Source: Trypanosoma brucei (lineage: Eukaryota). From it: DNA of 64,000 nt. Shown here piece after piece: positions 1 to 10,813 of the stretch. The notes under the pieces are model-generated. The model was not told the DNA's origin. It saw only the letters and a program-made list of their open reading frames with translations, and did no database searches. Position numbers and translations under genes: made by a program. Every line of letters starts with the position of its first letter. Position 1 is the first letter of the stretch. The stretch spans positions 1,152,001 to 1,216,000 of the forward strand of contig CP000068.1 in NCBI GenBank assembly GCA_000002445.1, in the 5' to 3' direction.

Positions 1-2
1 TG

Positions 3-2480
3 CGGTCCGGTTCTCCCTATGCGGCCGTGCTGGAGTTGGAAGAGCTACTGATGGAACGAACCCCTCGGTTTGCAGGTCCTAGTTTGAGAACAGGGTGGGC
101 GACGGTTCAGCATCCGGATGCCCTTTGGACACTGTCTCAGCACTTTTCTTCCATTACGAAACTCTTCGTGTACCGTATAGGTGAGGTGAAGGAGGTGAGC
201 AACACCACCCCACAATGTGGCGGTTGCACGTCTAGAACGTATATCAACGTGGACACTGCGACCCCAGCCAGTGTGGAGGATGAAGACTCCAGCAAGGTCA
301 TTGTCATTGATGGTGATGATACCAACACCGACAGTGGCACTGACGATGATGATGATGACGACAACGATGATGTACTCTGTGTGTCAGAAGTTAGGCCCAA
401 GCGCTTTCTTGTTCCCCGGGTTGACGAGGTGGATCCATGCATGGAGCTTACAAATCGGCTCACAATGAACTGGGGGAGAGATGCACATCGCAAACAAGTG
501 ATTGGGGCATCTGCTTTGTCTTCAGACGATCCGCTGAAGGTAAAACCACGGGTTTTGATGGTTGTTGTGTTTGGTCGTATGGCTTTCCAGCGGTACTCCT
601 GTCGGCTTGCTTATTCACTGGCCGACTTCCAGGCGTTGGACTTGGATTGTTTTGTGACGATGTACCAAGGAAGGCACGGTGCAAAACAGCAGCGGTACAC
701 ACAGAATCCAACACCAGAGGCTTCCGATGCGGCGAAGCTGCGTACATGGTTTTTTCATCACAAAGTAGAAAGTGTGGATGATGATGTCGAGCACAAAGCA
801 GGTGAGGGTGCCGACGACGATACCGAGAAGCAGGGTGGCTTGGATAATTCCACTACTTTCTCAAAAGACCCCAGCTTCCTTTTTTCAGATAAATGTAGTG
901 TCTTGGGAGGGCCTCGCGGGAGTGACAACGTCGGTTTGAGCACATCCACAGATGGTACATCGCATTTAAATGAAAGTGGTCGCAACTGCGGCCATAACGG
1001 CGTATCCTTGCATCGCTTGATTATGAAACAAGGCCAATCACTGTCGTCCATGCATCGCTCACAAGGAGGTTTGCGGAATGGGAGCGATGGACTAACGGAC
1101 GCCGTAACAGCTTCGGCGGCGCCTGGATCGAGCACTTGCATCTTGAAGTTTGACTATGCTCGGGACAGTGTTGCACGGCTGACTTTCCATTCGTGTGAAG
1201 GTGACTCTTCACCATCGGCACTGCCACTGCACGTGGCTGTGGTGGATGGGAACAAATTGTGTGTGTCAAGTCTCGTTGAGTTCATAAAGGGGACACACAG
1301 TGCACTCACTCCTGATAGCACCGATGACGACGGGGCGCCTGCTGATTCATTGAGGGTAGTCAGGATTATTGTCGTTGAGCAGCAGCTGCGTTTCATGCGT
1401 ATGCTTGAGATGGCACAAGATGTGTTATCACCTCAACATTTGAAAAATCTTCGCGTTCAGGTTTTGGTGGAGCGATCGCCTGCGTCATCGTCTGCACCTT
1501 CATCGCAAACTGGCGGCGGTACTCTTCCTGAGGATCCTGTGGTGGCTGAGGAGCAAGAAGCTTTTGCCGCGCTCGCGCATGCGAAGGCAACCCTTCCGGC
1601 AACGCTAATCGCTGATCGAAATGCCGTTCGTTTAGTGGAGGAGCGTCTCGATTCTGCCGTACTCGACGAGGGGCGAGTCCGCAGGGGGCGCCGCCCTTCC
1701 CGGAATGGTTTGACTTTGCTCGTTGAAGATGAAAATACCAACGGTATTTCAGCAAAGGGTGGCAGTGGAGGAGCTCCCCTTGTTGTGTTTGATGAGCGTG
1801 AATTTCGGTCTAGACTGCCTTATGAACTGTACTGCCGTGGAATTGACTTAGTCCCACTAACTCTTTTGACCGGAGACTATGTTCTTTCTCCAACTTACGC
1901 GCTTGAGCGCAAGAGTTTGCTAGACTTCATTCACTCACTTCACACTGGACGTGTTAATTCCCAGCTTTCACGTCTTTCCCGGTCTTATGATCACCCTATG
2001 CTACTTATTGAGTTTGACCGCAGCACTCCCTTCCGACTCTCCTTTGGACTCGCTGGCAGTGTGGGAGAACATAGTGAGACCGGTTTGTTTTCTCGAATCG
2101 CTCGGATCTTCACTTCCTTCCCGCGGGTACACGTAATCTGGACTCGTGATGCAACACAGTCCGCAAGTTTCATTCATTCTATGAAACGCACATGCGCTAG
2201 TGAGTCGATTGATCCGAGTGCCCCATATTTGACTTGCGCAACTGTTGATTACTATTGCCCAGCGGGGGCAAAGGAATCTTCGCATTACGCCACTCGCGTG
2301 CTTTCCTGCTTTCCGGGGGTTACACCAAAAAATTTGCAGCGTGTCATGGCACTTTGTGGTTCGCTAGCCGGCTTGGGAACCGTTGAAGAAGAGGCCCTTG
2401 CAGGTGTAATGGGGAGCGCTGCTGCCAGGGAACTTTATGCCTTTATACATGGGGAATCTGTGCCACCTACTCAGACATAA
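3..2480 (+). CDS. XPF: XPF/ERCC4-family structure-specific endonuclease, C-terminal part. The ORF is open to the window start, so the gene is 5'-truncated; the first in-frame ATG at 51 is probably internal.
   Basis: The translation contains the ERCC4 nuclease signature 'VVFDEREFRSRLPYELYCRGIDLVPLTLLTGDYVLSPTYALERKSLLDFIHSL' (DxRE...GDY...ERKxxxD). This aligns closely with my memory of the human XPF nuclease domain (VDMREFRSELP...GDYILTP...VERKSISDL). The adjacent 'PMLLIEFD' block is followed by a C-terminal HhH2-like segment (LAGLGTVEEEALAGVMGSAAARELYAFIHG). An Asp-rich insert (DGDDTNTDSGTDDDDDDDNDD) is present. Frame 3 has no stop back to position 3. Confidence 0.8.
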   Translation, partial: RSGSPYAAVLELEELLMERTPRFAGPSLRTGWATVQHPDALWTLSQHFSSITKLFVYRIGEVKEVSNTTPQCGGCTSRTYINVDTATPASVEDEDSSKVIVIDGDDTNTDSGTDDDDDDDNDDVLCVSEVRPKRFLVPRVDEVDPCMELTNRLTMNWGRDAHRKQVIGASALSSDDPLKVKPRVLMVVVFGRMAFQRYSCRLAYSLADFQALDLDCFVTMYQGRHGAKQQRYTQNPTPEASDAAKLRTWFFHHKVESVDDDVEHKAGEGADDDTEKQGGLDNSTTFSKDPSFLFSDKCSVLGGPRGSDNVGLSTSTDGTSHLNESGRNCGHNGVSLHRLIMKQGQSLSSMHRSQGGLRNGSDGLTDAVTASAAPGSSTCILKFDYARDSVARLTFHSCEGDSSPSALPLHVAVVDGNKLCVSSLVEFIKGTHSALTPDSTDDDGAPADSLRVVRIIVVEQQLRFMRMLEMAQDVLSPQHLKNLRVQVLVERSPASSSAPSSQTGGGTLPEDPVVAEEQEAFAALAHAKATLPATLIADRNAVRLVEERLDSAVLDEGRVRRGRRPSRNGLTLLVEDENTNGISAKGGSGGAPLVVFDEREFRSRLPYELYCRGIDLVPLTLLTGDYVLSPTYALERKSLLDFIHSLHTGRVNSQLSRLSRSYDHPMLLIEFDRSTPFRLSFGLAGSVGEHSETGLFSRIARIFTSFPRVHVIWTRDATQSASFIHSMKRTCASESIDPSAPYLTCATVDYYCPAGAKESSHYATRVLSCFPGVTPKNLQRVMALCGSLAGLGTVEEEALAGVMGSAAARELYAFIHGESVPPTQT

Positions 2481-3022
2481 ACTTGTGTTTGGTTGTGTTA
2501 GACCCAATATGTAGCAGTTGCTGGAGGAACCGAAGCGTCCTGGCTGTGTCCTGGTTGTACTAAATCTTGAATTAACCCAATGAGAATACATGACATGGTT
2601 TCACATTACCTTAATCACTTCCCTCTGCAATGCGGGCTAGGAACTTGGCTGCAGGGGTTACTGATAAAGGACCTACAAAACTGATTGTCCTCGGCGTTTC
2701 ATTGTCATCTCAGCTATTATTTTCAACCATCTTTTTAGCCAGCGGTTTGAATACATTTTCGGCAGTGCTCGTTCGTATCGCTGTACACTCCTCTCTCTTT
2801 CCCTCTAGATATATGTCCAAACTGTTAGGAGGGAGCAGTCTATCAAGAGATGGAGGAGTGAAGGAGGTTTTGATGTGGTGCAAAAGGTGGAGAGAAATGA
2901 GAAACTATTCCAACTATCCTCTTTCCTTTTTTCTTTTCTTTCTTTCTTTTTTTTGCCTTCTCTGAGTGGAGGTATGAATCGTTTACTTTGGTTGCTTTGA
3001 ACTTTTCTCCATTTGAAGGAGT

Positions 3023-4084
3023 ATGTTACTCAAAGTGTCGCATCTCTACACTTTCACAAATTGTATACATATTCTCTCTCTTTTCTTGAAAACTTCTGTC
3101 CATGAATTAACTGTGATTCCTCTTATAGCGTTTTTACGCGTAAAGGAACCATTGTTCCCTTCAAGTGCACCACAGATAATAGCACAGTGGCGCCAACAAC
3201 CAGCTGCACGTGAAGTATCGCTTAGTTGCATATTTTATTGGTTAGGTTTCTTGCATATTTCACCTGTTCCTTTCCGCTATACTTTGTGGTCAGTGTATGG
3301 GTACCGGGTTTTTATGGCGCCGCCGATATCGCTGCCGTCATTGCGATCTGTGGACCGCTCTTCCACTAAAGTGTTAGTTGCGGGGCACATTTCTGCCGTC
3401 AATACCGTACTCGATGTGTTTCAGATGGACTACAGTGAATCGGTACGAATGTACCGCGTTTGCAGGCGAGGTAAAAATGGGTTTGCAAAAATATTTCCCT
3501 TCTTGCGACCTGTTTATGCTAATATAGCATTATTGATTATTGTTGTGGGATGTCTAGTAGGCTCGCAAGCGGGGCTTAGAGGCGTTTTGCCAAATATTCC
3601 GCAAAGCTGGGTTTCATGGTCCAAGTGGACTGGTAGTGGTACCGCCGAGCATGTTGTTATGTGGCAACTATCGTGTTTTCACATTTTTATTTTGGGTTGT
3701 CTTTTTTTGCTGATTCTACAGTTTGTGAGGAACTTGTTTTTTGTGCATGTTGATGAAGTGACTGCGATACGTGGCCTTGGGTTGCAGTTGAACAGTTATA
3801 ATGCGCTCGGTAGGTTGTGTTTCCAGCGATTTGTTGATATAAGACTTATACGCTCACTTGTTATCCACGACGCCTTCTTTCGCACACAGGTTCTCTTCTT
3901 CCTGTCCGCCACAGTGGAGAATGAAGCAAGCCGACTCGTGCTATTTGAAGAAACGCTGCCTCGATTGGATGTGCTTCAACCCGTGTTGTGCGGGTTGCGG
4001 CATGTACTTTTCGGGGAGCCCGAAGATGTTGTGACGGAGGACAGCTTTGAGTGTCAAACGGCTACACAAAACGTTCTCAACTGA
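3023..4084 (+). CDS. PIGH: PIG-H (yeast GPI15)-like subunit of GPI N-acetylglucosaminyltransferase. The true start is probably an internal ATG (3314 or 3425), because the 5' part of the ORF is low-complexity and hydrophobic.
   Basis: The C-terminal half 'IRGLGLQLNSY...IRSLVIHDAFFRTQVLFFLSATVENEASRLVLFEETLPRLDVLQPVLCGLRHVL' resembles the human PIG-H core as I recall it (LGIQMTS...KDIVINEAIYMQKVIYYLCILLKD...VVPVFQSAKPRLDCLIEVYRSCQEIL). Two predicted TM helices precede it (IALLIIVVGCLVG; LSCFHIFILGCLFLLIL), as in PIG-H. Confidence 0.5.
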   Translation: MLLKVSHLYTFTNCIHILSLFLKTSVHELTVIPLIAFLRVKEPLFPSSAPQIIAQWRQQPAAREVSLSCIFYWLGFLHISPVPFRYTLWSVYGYRVFMAPPISLPSLRSVDRSSTKVLVAGHISAVNTVLDVFQMDYSESVRMYRVCRRGKNGFAKIFPFLRPVYANIALLIIVVGCLVGSQAGLRGVLPNIPQSWVSWSKWTGSGTAEHVVMWQLSCFHIFILGCLFLLILQFVRNLFFVHVDEVTAIRGLGLQLNSYNALGRLCFQRFVDIRLIRSLVIHDAFFRTQVLFFLSATVENEASRLVLFEETLPRLDVLQPVLCGLRHVLFGEPEDVVTEDSFECQTATQNVLN

Positions 4085-4092
4085 ATATGTGT

Positions 4093-4128
<36 letters not shown>

Positions 4129-4130
4129 CG
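4093..4130. repeat. Compound (TA)n(TG)n microsatellite.
   Basis: tatatatatatatatgtgtgtgtgtgtgtgtgtgcgtatgtg, immediately 3' of the PIG-H-like stop codon. Confidence 0.9.
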
Positions 4131-4653
4131 TATGTGCCGATGCTCTGAAACGAGACATCACGAAGCCCGGTTAGGGACCAATGTGGTAGATCGTTTTGCT
4201 CTGCAGCAATGGAAAGAGTAAATGGCACAACAACATACTGGAAAGGAAGGGGAATGTCCTTGGACTAACTTCTTATAGATTCACATTCTAGTAAATATTT
4301 CTTCACTTCTCGTATACTCTGTCGCTGGATGAGCATGGGCGCTGGGGTACGGTTGGTCCAACAATATCGCGACTGCGGTGGCGATTTTTCCTCAGGGGAG
4401 TTAGAGAAAACTTTGAGAAGCAATCGTATTTTCCCCTCCACAGTAGCCGTAAGGAAGGCGGCTATATTTAAGAGCCCCATGTTGACCCTGCCGTTTAAGT
4501 ACTCGTACTAATATCTTACAGCAGCACCTTGTTATATGTTGGGTGGGGTGAGTTCCCATTTAGTTCCAGCTGTTTTTTTTCTTTTTTTCACATCAGGATA
4601 TGTGTGTGCATTTATACCCTTTTGTTTTCTCTCATATGTAAATTGCCGTACAC

Positions 4654-5355
4654 GTGACTCTGAGAGGCGAAGCCGCGATGTTCGTAAGGTTGCCGACCCC
4701 AGGAAAAACTTGTGTTTCGCGACTTCTCATCTCGCGCCGTTTCACTTCGGCAAAACAACATGTAACGCGCAGAAACATTTCCTCACACAACGGCGGTGCA
4801 ACCACTGGCCAAAAGTCTGTCGGAGGGAAGAACTTCGCCAAGCGACCTGAGGATATTGCGCCGCATTCATCAAAAGGGTCGGCAGCAGGTCCAACCATGC
4901 GGAGGAGTCGTTTTTATCGGATTGCTCTCGATCATGGGTTTGGTTTCGCCGTCTATTTTTATATTCTAGGTGAGTCCATGACTCTATCCGTACTGTACGC
5001 TTTACATTCTAATGCCTTAGGAACGGGTGACACATTCGCTTGGATGAACGCTGTGGGTGCAGAACGTTTCGTAAACCTGGATAGATGGGCGCATGCCGGT
5101 CCCACTGTTGTGGGAGTAACCCTCTCATTCCGGCTTCTTCTTAACTATCTTGCTGCCAATGCAATTATGTACCCGATGTATGGGATGCAAATGCGCTTTT
5201 GCGTTGCCACCTTCGGTGTACTTGGTAAAGGATTCAACCCTTTACGGCGGCTTCGGGCCCTTGGCAGAAATGTTACTTCATCGGGTGCTAAACGAACGGT
5301 TCCGCGCGCCCCTTCAGCCACAGCACCTAAAAATAAGGTGAACAGGCTGCCATAA
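4654..5355 (+). CDS. Hypothetical protein, probably mitochondrial. The alternative start at 4678 gives MFVRL.... Weak resemblance to the DUF1279/FAM210 family.
   Basis: The N-terminus MFVRLPTPGKTCVSRLLISRRFTS is a typical trypanosomatid R/S/T-rich presequence. Hydrophobic segments follow (FGFAVYFYILG; VVGVTLSFRLLLNYLAANAI). A polypyrimidine tract lies upstream at 4565-4600. Confidence 0.45.
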   Translation: MTLRGEAAMFVRLPTPGKTCVSRLLISRRFTSAKQHVTRRNISSHNGGATTGQKSVGGKNFAKRPEDIAPHSSKGSAAGPTMRRSRFYRIALDHGFGFAVYFYILGESMTLSVLYALHSNALGTGDTFAWMNAVGAERFVNLDRWAHAGPTVVGVTLSFRLLLNYLAANAIMYPMYGMQMRFCVATFGVLGKGFNPLRRLRALGRNVTSSGAKRTVPRAPSATAPKNKVNRLP

Positions 5356-5900
5356 TATCTAGCTTCTGCAATGAACTGTTCAGGAAGACTTCGAGGTATT
5401 ATCATTGATATATATATATATATATATATTAAATGTTATCATTGTTGGATGCGCATGTCTTTCATTTGGTGATTTGCAAGCACTCATCCAAGCATATTTT
5501 ATAAGACATGTTGGGTCACAACCCGGGGCTTCGAGGCATGAAGGTTGTTCAGCCAACGAGAAGGCTCAAACTTTACTACTGCTGTTAGTAATCAGAGGGG
5601 TGGCCACGACATGTTTGATAAAGATATCAATCGAAAAGAAAGAGTATTGAGGTGGAGGTAACATGTTCGCCTTCAGCAAGCATCCTTTTAAACGTGTGAG
5701 GGGAGCTGAGAAGTGACGGATTAGTCGCCTCCTCGATTTTGTATTCTTTATGTTGAAAATAGGGGTGTGAGAAGAGTTGTGTGTAGGACATGTGCTGATT
5801 TTGGAACCCCATGAGGAGTTGTGTTTGCTCCGAATAATGGCCATTTATCGTTTAGTGGGGGAGCGTACGTGTCGTTGGTTGTGTGAGTGTCTGGGAAGTT

Positions 5901-5922
5901 TGTGTGTGTGTGGGGGGGGGGG
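5901..5922. repeat. (TG)5 followed by a G11 homopolymer.
   Basis: tgtgtgtgtgtgggggggggggac. Confidence 0.9.
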
Positions 5923-6373
5923 ACTTTACTGAGGTTTTGTGAAGGGGAATATCGCTTAGATGCGTTTTACTGATTTAAATTCTCATCCACAGCTCTTTCC
6001 TAAAGCTGATGTGGTGTGGCACTGCGTCCTCTGATTACTCGCGAACCTTTTTATTTTTTTTGTTTCCTAAACTTACAAACATCAAGGTGCTCCCAAAACC
6101 TGTAACGTGGAGGGCGCTTCCTCAACTTACTGTCACAGTGTTTGATTTTGTATTAGTAGACCTCGTTTCGGTACTGCGTGTACTTTGTGCTAAACTGCCG
6201 ATGCCCATGTTTCGCGCCGGCCCACTAATCTTCTCATATTCGTTCACCAAACAGGGAGGAGTGGACAAGTGCATACGTGTGTGATCATGTATTTTCTGAT
6301 CCTGTTATTTATTATTATTATTACTATTTATTATTTTTTTTCTTTTGGTTTTTGCCACAACAGGTATATTACC

Positions 6374-7252
6374 ATGCCCGCAACTATTGTGTCCGGCGTC
6401 GCACCGTATTTTGCCTTTATGCTAAAAGATATCGGTGCAAGGCTTGCCATCATGTCGCATTATTTGAAGACAAAGCGTCATATGTACCCCGTAACGCGCC
6501 ATCAAAATGTACGTGCCTACCGCGGCATGCTGCCGTGGACACAAGACAGTGCTTTCATTGCCCCAACGGCTTTTGTGAGTGGTAATGTTTCGCTTGGCCA
6601 TGACACCTGCATATTTTATCACACTGTAATCCGAAACTACAACATTCGTGATGAAACGGCAATTGGTGATCACACCGTTGTAATGGACCGTGTCTCGTTT
6701 CTTGGTCAAGTTCGCGTAGGTGGTGGCGTTTATATTGGTCCCGGCAGCACGTTGGATTGCTGCACCGTTGGCGACAACGCGTATATTGGTGCTGGTGCTT
6801 CCATTGCATTGGGTGCAGTGGTTGAAAATAATGCCATCATCGCCGCGGGTTCTCATGTACCAAAGGATACACATGTATATGCCTATGAGTTGTGGGCAGG
6901 CAACCCGGCACAGAAGGTAGAGGAAGTGAGTCCAGATCAGGTTGCGGAGGTAGCGAGCATCGTACACGATCAAATAGCGGTAGGGAAAGCTCACGCACAT
7001 GCTATTCATGAGCATATGCATCACACGGCAGAACTAGACGCGGAATGGCTCCATCACGCGCTGGAAGCAATGGAGAAGCAACAGCAGCAAATCGCACTCA
7101 AGTTGCCAGTTGACATCCCACTGGAGGCGAAGAGGTTTCTCACTCCACGTGTTCATATGCGTCGACCTGAGATGCACATGCGCATGTCTTATCCGGTTAA
7201 TCGCATTGCTCCATGGATGCCGAAAGTTGCTGATCAAACTGCTAATGCTTAA
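6374..7252 (+). CDS. Gamma-carbonic-anhydrase-like / left-handed beta-helix (hexapeptide-repeat) protein. This is probably the family found as respiratory complex I accessory subunits in plants and kinetoplastids.
   Basis: Repeating [LIV]GxxxxI hexapeptide pattern, e.g. 'VSGNVSLGHDTCIFYHTVIRN...AIGDHTVVMDRVSFLGQVRVGGGVYIGPGSTLDCCTVGDNAYIGAGASIALGAVVENNAIIAAGSHV'. The start is moved to the ATG at 6374 (MPATIVSG), because the upstream 35 codons of the ORF read through the poly-T/(TTA)n intergenic tract. Confidence 0.6.
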   Translation: MPATIVSGVAPYFAFMLKDIGARLAIMSHYLKTKRHMYPVTRHQNVRAYRGMLPWTQDSAFIAPTAFVSGNVSLGHDTCIFYHTVIRNYNIRDETAIGDHTVVMDRVSFLGQVRVGGGVYIGPGSTLDCCTVGDNAYIGAGASIALGAVVENNAIIAAGSHVPKDTHVYAYELWAGNPAQKVEEVSPDQVAEVASIVHDQIAVGKAHAHAIHEHMHHTAELDAEWLHHALEAMEKQQQQIALKLPVDIPLEAKRFLTPRVHMRRPEMHMRMSYPVNRIAPWMPKVADQTANA

Positions 7253-8254
7253 GTTCATTTTTTATTTGTTGTTGGTTACACGACCACGCATAGGTGTAGG
7301 TTTAATACCTCTGGTTTTGAGTCGCTTCCCGCAGTTGTTGTGGGGGGTTATACGTAGGATTCAGTGTGCTGTTTGCTTTTCTAAACCCCAACCTGCTACA
7401 CATTTAATCATTACATGAGGACGATACTTTCTCATCAATGGCGATGTGTTCGACTGTTGCCTCAAACAGTTACTTGAAAGTGTTGAGATGGGGAGCGTTT
7501 TCCCATGATGCATATGATTGATGTGTGTCTTCCAAGTAGAATACGACAGGTTAGGACGTGTGCAAGGAGAGGTAGGGGGTGAGAGGAAAGAAAAAAAAGG
7601 TAGTTTAGTAAATACGAGAGCAGCAGTGGGGAAAAGCAGGACTGTGTGCAGCAGCGCGCAGAACATGCAAAGCCTTAGGTACGTACATAAGTGAGTGGAA
7701 GGTGGGGTATGCTGACCCCACAATAAGGATTTTAGGTAACTTTTGGCGCAGGTTTCGACCCAGATTAGGGGGACAGGGGATGCGTGAAATCATTTAGTTT
7801 CTTTTTTAGCGTACGCACACATGACGGTAAATTCTAGTAATTACTCCCCCTCTTTTCATCTTGCGAGGCGATGTAAGTGCGGTGAATTAATTAACTTCCG
7901 TCTGGCACTTTTTAGGAGTGGCGCTATAGATATGGTGGATTCACCCGCGACTGGTCGTCATTCTTATCCTCGGATGCATATATCCACATTTACTGTGTGT
8001 ATGCCTTTGTGTGTTTCTTCAGTGAGAAATAGCGTTTGGGCTGTTCTCGTTAAGGTTCTTAAAGACGCTGCCCGTTTTTTTTTGTATGTCTCCCAGCTGT
8101 GAAGAAGAAGGGAACAATTTCGACTCCACCGGTAGTTCCGTCATTGACCCTTACCGATTGTTGCGGTTTCCATTTATGATCGAAAATTTGTTTTTCTTTG
8201 TTTTCCTATCCCTCAAACTACTGTGTGTAACATGATATTAACAGTTACGCATAC

Positions 8255-8344
8255 TTCTCTTTCTAAATTTATTTTTTTCTCTTTTTTCCCCCTTGCAATT
8301 TTTTCCGCTTTTGCAATGACTTGATTTTTTCCCTTTCCCTTTAG
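8255..8344 (+). promoter_or_regulatory. Polypyrimidine tract plus AG: a candidate spliced-leader acceptor region for the nSMase mRNA.
   Basis: About 90 nt of mostly C/T (ttctctttctaaatttatttttttctcttttttcccccttgc...ccctttccctttag) ends in AG, ~140 nt upstream of the ATG. Confidence 0.4.
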
Positions 8345-8482
8345 TGCCGCGGGCCACTCGCTGAACCTCCGCATTTGCAGACACTAGCAAAGAGATCGAT
8401 TGTGCGAAAAGGATATAATTGAAGCGAAAGTTTGCGGCCATCAATAAAATTTGCCCTGCTTCCCACTGAATTAAACTCAAAA

Positions 8483-10225
8483 ATGGCTGCGGAGATAACT
8501 GTTCTAACTTTTAACCTCTGGGGTATCTTTAACTCCAAGCACCGTCCTGAACGCATGGCACACTTCGCCAGCAAAGTAGAGGATTATGATATCATTTTAC
8601 TTCAGGAGCAGTTCTCAGAGTCTGACTTCGATATCATTATCCAAAATATGCCAGAGGAGGTTCGACGCACGCGTTACTTCAAACGGTACCCGACTGCATT
8701 TTACGGCTCAGGTATTGCGGTCATATCGCGGTTTCCTGTCAAGTCCGGTGTGTTCTTCACTTTTCCGCTTCAGGGATTTCCGGAGCAAGTGCTGCATGGC
8801 GACTACTACGCAAATAAGGGAGCAGCGATGCTCTGTGTCAGTGTCCCGTGTAACAATGACGTGGAGGTGAGTGGTGGCAGTGTGATGCACCGTGATGTAC
8901 TGGTGTACAGTACACATCTTGTAGCCGTGTATCAGGTGCCCTCTCAACTGCGTGACTGGCGCGATGAAGTATACCTCGCCGTTCGGTTGAGCCAGGCGAT
9001 TTCGTTTGCCAACTTCATCATAGCAACATCAAATCCCACTGATCATATCATCATTGGTGGAGACTTTAACTCGGAACTCACTTCAATGGAGATACGTACC
9101 ATGCTGATATTGCTCCGGGGGCACGGCTACTGCCTCCGCTCCGTACTTCCAGTTGCAAAAAGACCAGAAGAAGGCATGAGCAAGCATGAATGTATTGAAA
9201 ATCTTGCGCGAATGACTTTTTCCCACGAAAATAAGTTCACATGTACAGACGGGAAAATAATTACTCACGGTGCTTATTCGCCTGTGCAAATCGATCATAT
9301 ATTCATATCGTTCAACACGTTACAGCTATGCTCTTACGAGGATTGTCCAGGTGCCGATGCCAAGTATCCCTTTAAGCAGATTATGGATGGACAGGAGTTA
9401 CCCGCTGGTGTGGTAGTCTTCAGACGAAACGACGAGGTGTTCTTGGGTTCACAATCGAGACCTGGGTCATCGCCAAGGGGTACAGCTGGCGTGAGGCCCG
9501 TACCTTCAGGAGAGCAGGAGGCGAAGGAAATGAGTTGCCCACTTTCAGACCACTACGGTGTCGCAGCTCGGCTGAGGTTGCTTACGGAGGAGGAGAAAAA
9601 TGGGGGTTCTGGTAAGGTCTCTTCCAGAGCAACGGCCTCCAAATTGACAGAAGAGGATGAGGCGTCTCTATGTGAAGCTGTCAGCTTCCTCGAGCACTCT
9701 GTAAAGCGCCTGAAGAGGGAAAGCCGCAAGTATATCATGTTGAGCATTGTTTTTGCAGTTATTATGATGTTATGTATTATTTATATGGTTGCCCGCCCCT
9801 ATTTGCAGATGCACCCAACGCGATCAACGCTAAAGAACATCATATCGTTGTGCCATCACAATGAGCATCCCAACCTGAAGGGAATAGGTGATACTTCACA
9901 ACAGAGGGGGGGAACTGTACGCCGAATTGAACAATTTTTGAAAGACACATTTTCGTTGAATCTGGAAGGTTCGAGAGGTAAGACCCAGGCGGTTGAGTTA
10001 CGTGAACAAGACTACGAAGCAGTCGCTTCAGTGCTTCATGGTGCTGGTCTTCACAACATCTTCTTTCCTCTTGTTGCTGTTGTTGCTTCTATAATGAGCT
10101 TCTGCTGCCTCGTCATCGCACTTCTAAACAGAAAAAGCTACGCCAAAATTATTTCTGATCAGATAACTGAGCTTGGAAATAGCTTTCTGCGGCATGAAAT
10201 GCATAAAGGTAATGGTTGTAAATGA
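8483..10225 (+). CDS. nSMase: Neutral sphingomyelinase / inositol phosphosphingolipid phospholipase C (EEP superfamily, ISC1/nSMase2-like) with two C-terminal TM helices.
   Basis: 'VLTFNLWGI', 'IILLQE' (catalytic Glu), 'GIAVISRFP', 'IIGGDFNSE' and 'PLSDHYGV' (catalytic His) are the EEP-fold nSMase motifs. C-terminal TMs are 'YIMLSIVFAVIMMLCIIYMV' and 'IFFPLVAVVASIMSFCCLVIALL'. The ORF track starts at a TTG (8432); the first ATG is 8483 (MAAEITVL...). A polypyrimidine tract at 8255-8343 ends in an AG. Confidence 0.8.
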   Translation: MAAEITVLTFNLWGIFNSKHRPERMAHFASKVEDYDIILLQEQFSESDFDIIIQNMPEEVRRTRYFKRYPTAFYGSGIAVISRFPVKSGVFFTFPLQGFPEQVLHGDYYANKGAAMLCVSVPCNNDVEVSGGSVMHRDVLVYSTHLVAVYQVPSQLRDWRDEVYLAVRLSQAISFANFIIATSNPTDHIIIGGDFNSELTSMEIRTMLILLRGHGYCLRSVLPVAKRPEEGMSKHECIENLARMTFSHENKFTCTDGKIITHGAYSPVQIDHIFISFNTLQLCSYEDCPGADAKYPFKQIMDGQELPAGVVVFRRNDEVFLGSQSRPGSSPRGTAGVRPVPSGEQEAKEMSCPLSDHYGVAARLRLLTEEEKNGGSGKVSSRATASKLTEEDEASLCEAVSFLEHSVKRLKRESRKYIMLSIVFAVIMMLCIIYMVARPYLQMHPTRSTLKNIISLCHHNEHPNLKGIGDTSQQRGGTVRRIEQFLKDTFSLNLEGSRGKTQAVELREQDYEAVASVLHGAGLHNIFFPLVAVVASIMSFCCLVIALLNRKSYAKIISDQITELGNSFLRHEMHKGNGCK

Positions 10226-10748
10226 AGAGGATTGCTTCATCAGTTGTTACTTCTCTTTTGTTTTCTCTTGTCAGCTCTCGGTGAAGCACCGTCGCGATCT
10301 CTCATGCACCCTCTTTGCGTATTTTTGTCCTGCACTTTGTGCTTAAGGTTGTCGTCGTTAAACGGTTTGGGTTGCTGTTTATGCGCCCCTATACATGCTC
10401 TTTCTTACATGCTCTTCAAAAATATTTGTGTTGTTCGTTGGCAAGAACAGCAGCTTTGTAGTGGAAAGCTGAATTGACTCAATGAATTCATATGTTTATT
10501 TTACCACTACGCAGAGGGGAGGGGGTATGAGTTATGTGTTCGTTGCTTGAACTGTTTGACTGCCAGTAATACCACATTCGTTTTCCACACTTGTGCGTTA
10601 GGCAGCCAACTTGAATGGTCACTTTTTTCTTTTTGAATCACTTCACGTAGAGGTGGACTTCTGTATACATTTTTTCTTCCCCCCTTTTTTTACCCCCTCT
10701 GTCATCTTTTTATCTCTCCTATCTTTCCTTGCTTAACTATCACTCTAC

Positions 10749-10775
10749 ATGTATGTATATGTATGTTTATGTATG

Positions 10776-10807
<32 letters not shown>
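10749..10807. repeat. Compound (TATG)n/(TA)n microsatellite.
   Basis: atgtatgtatatgtatgtttatgtatgtatatgtatatatatatatatatatatatatat. Confidence 0.9.
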
Positions 10808-10808
<1 letters not shown>

Positions 10809-10813
10809 GAAGT

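Noticed and set aside
2630-2965. 111-codon ORF between XPF and the PIG-H-like gene.
   Set aside because: It runs into a (CTTT)n/poly-T tract and is low complexity (FFLFFLSFFCLL). It is probably UTR.
6422-7024. 200-codon minus-strand ORF overlapping the gamma-CA-like gene.
   Set aside because: It is antisense to a CDS with a clear hexapeptide-repeat signature and has no recognisable domain.
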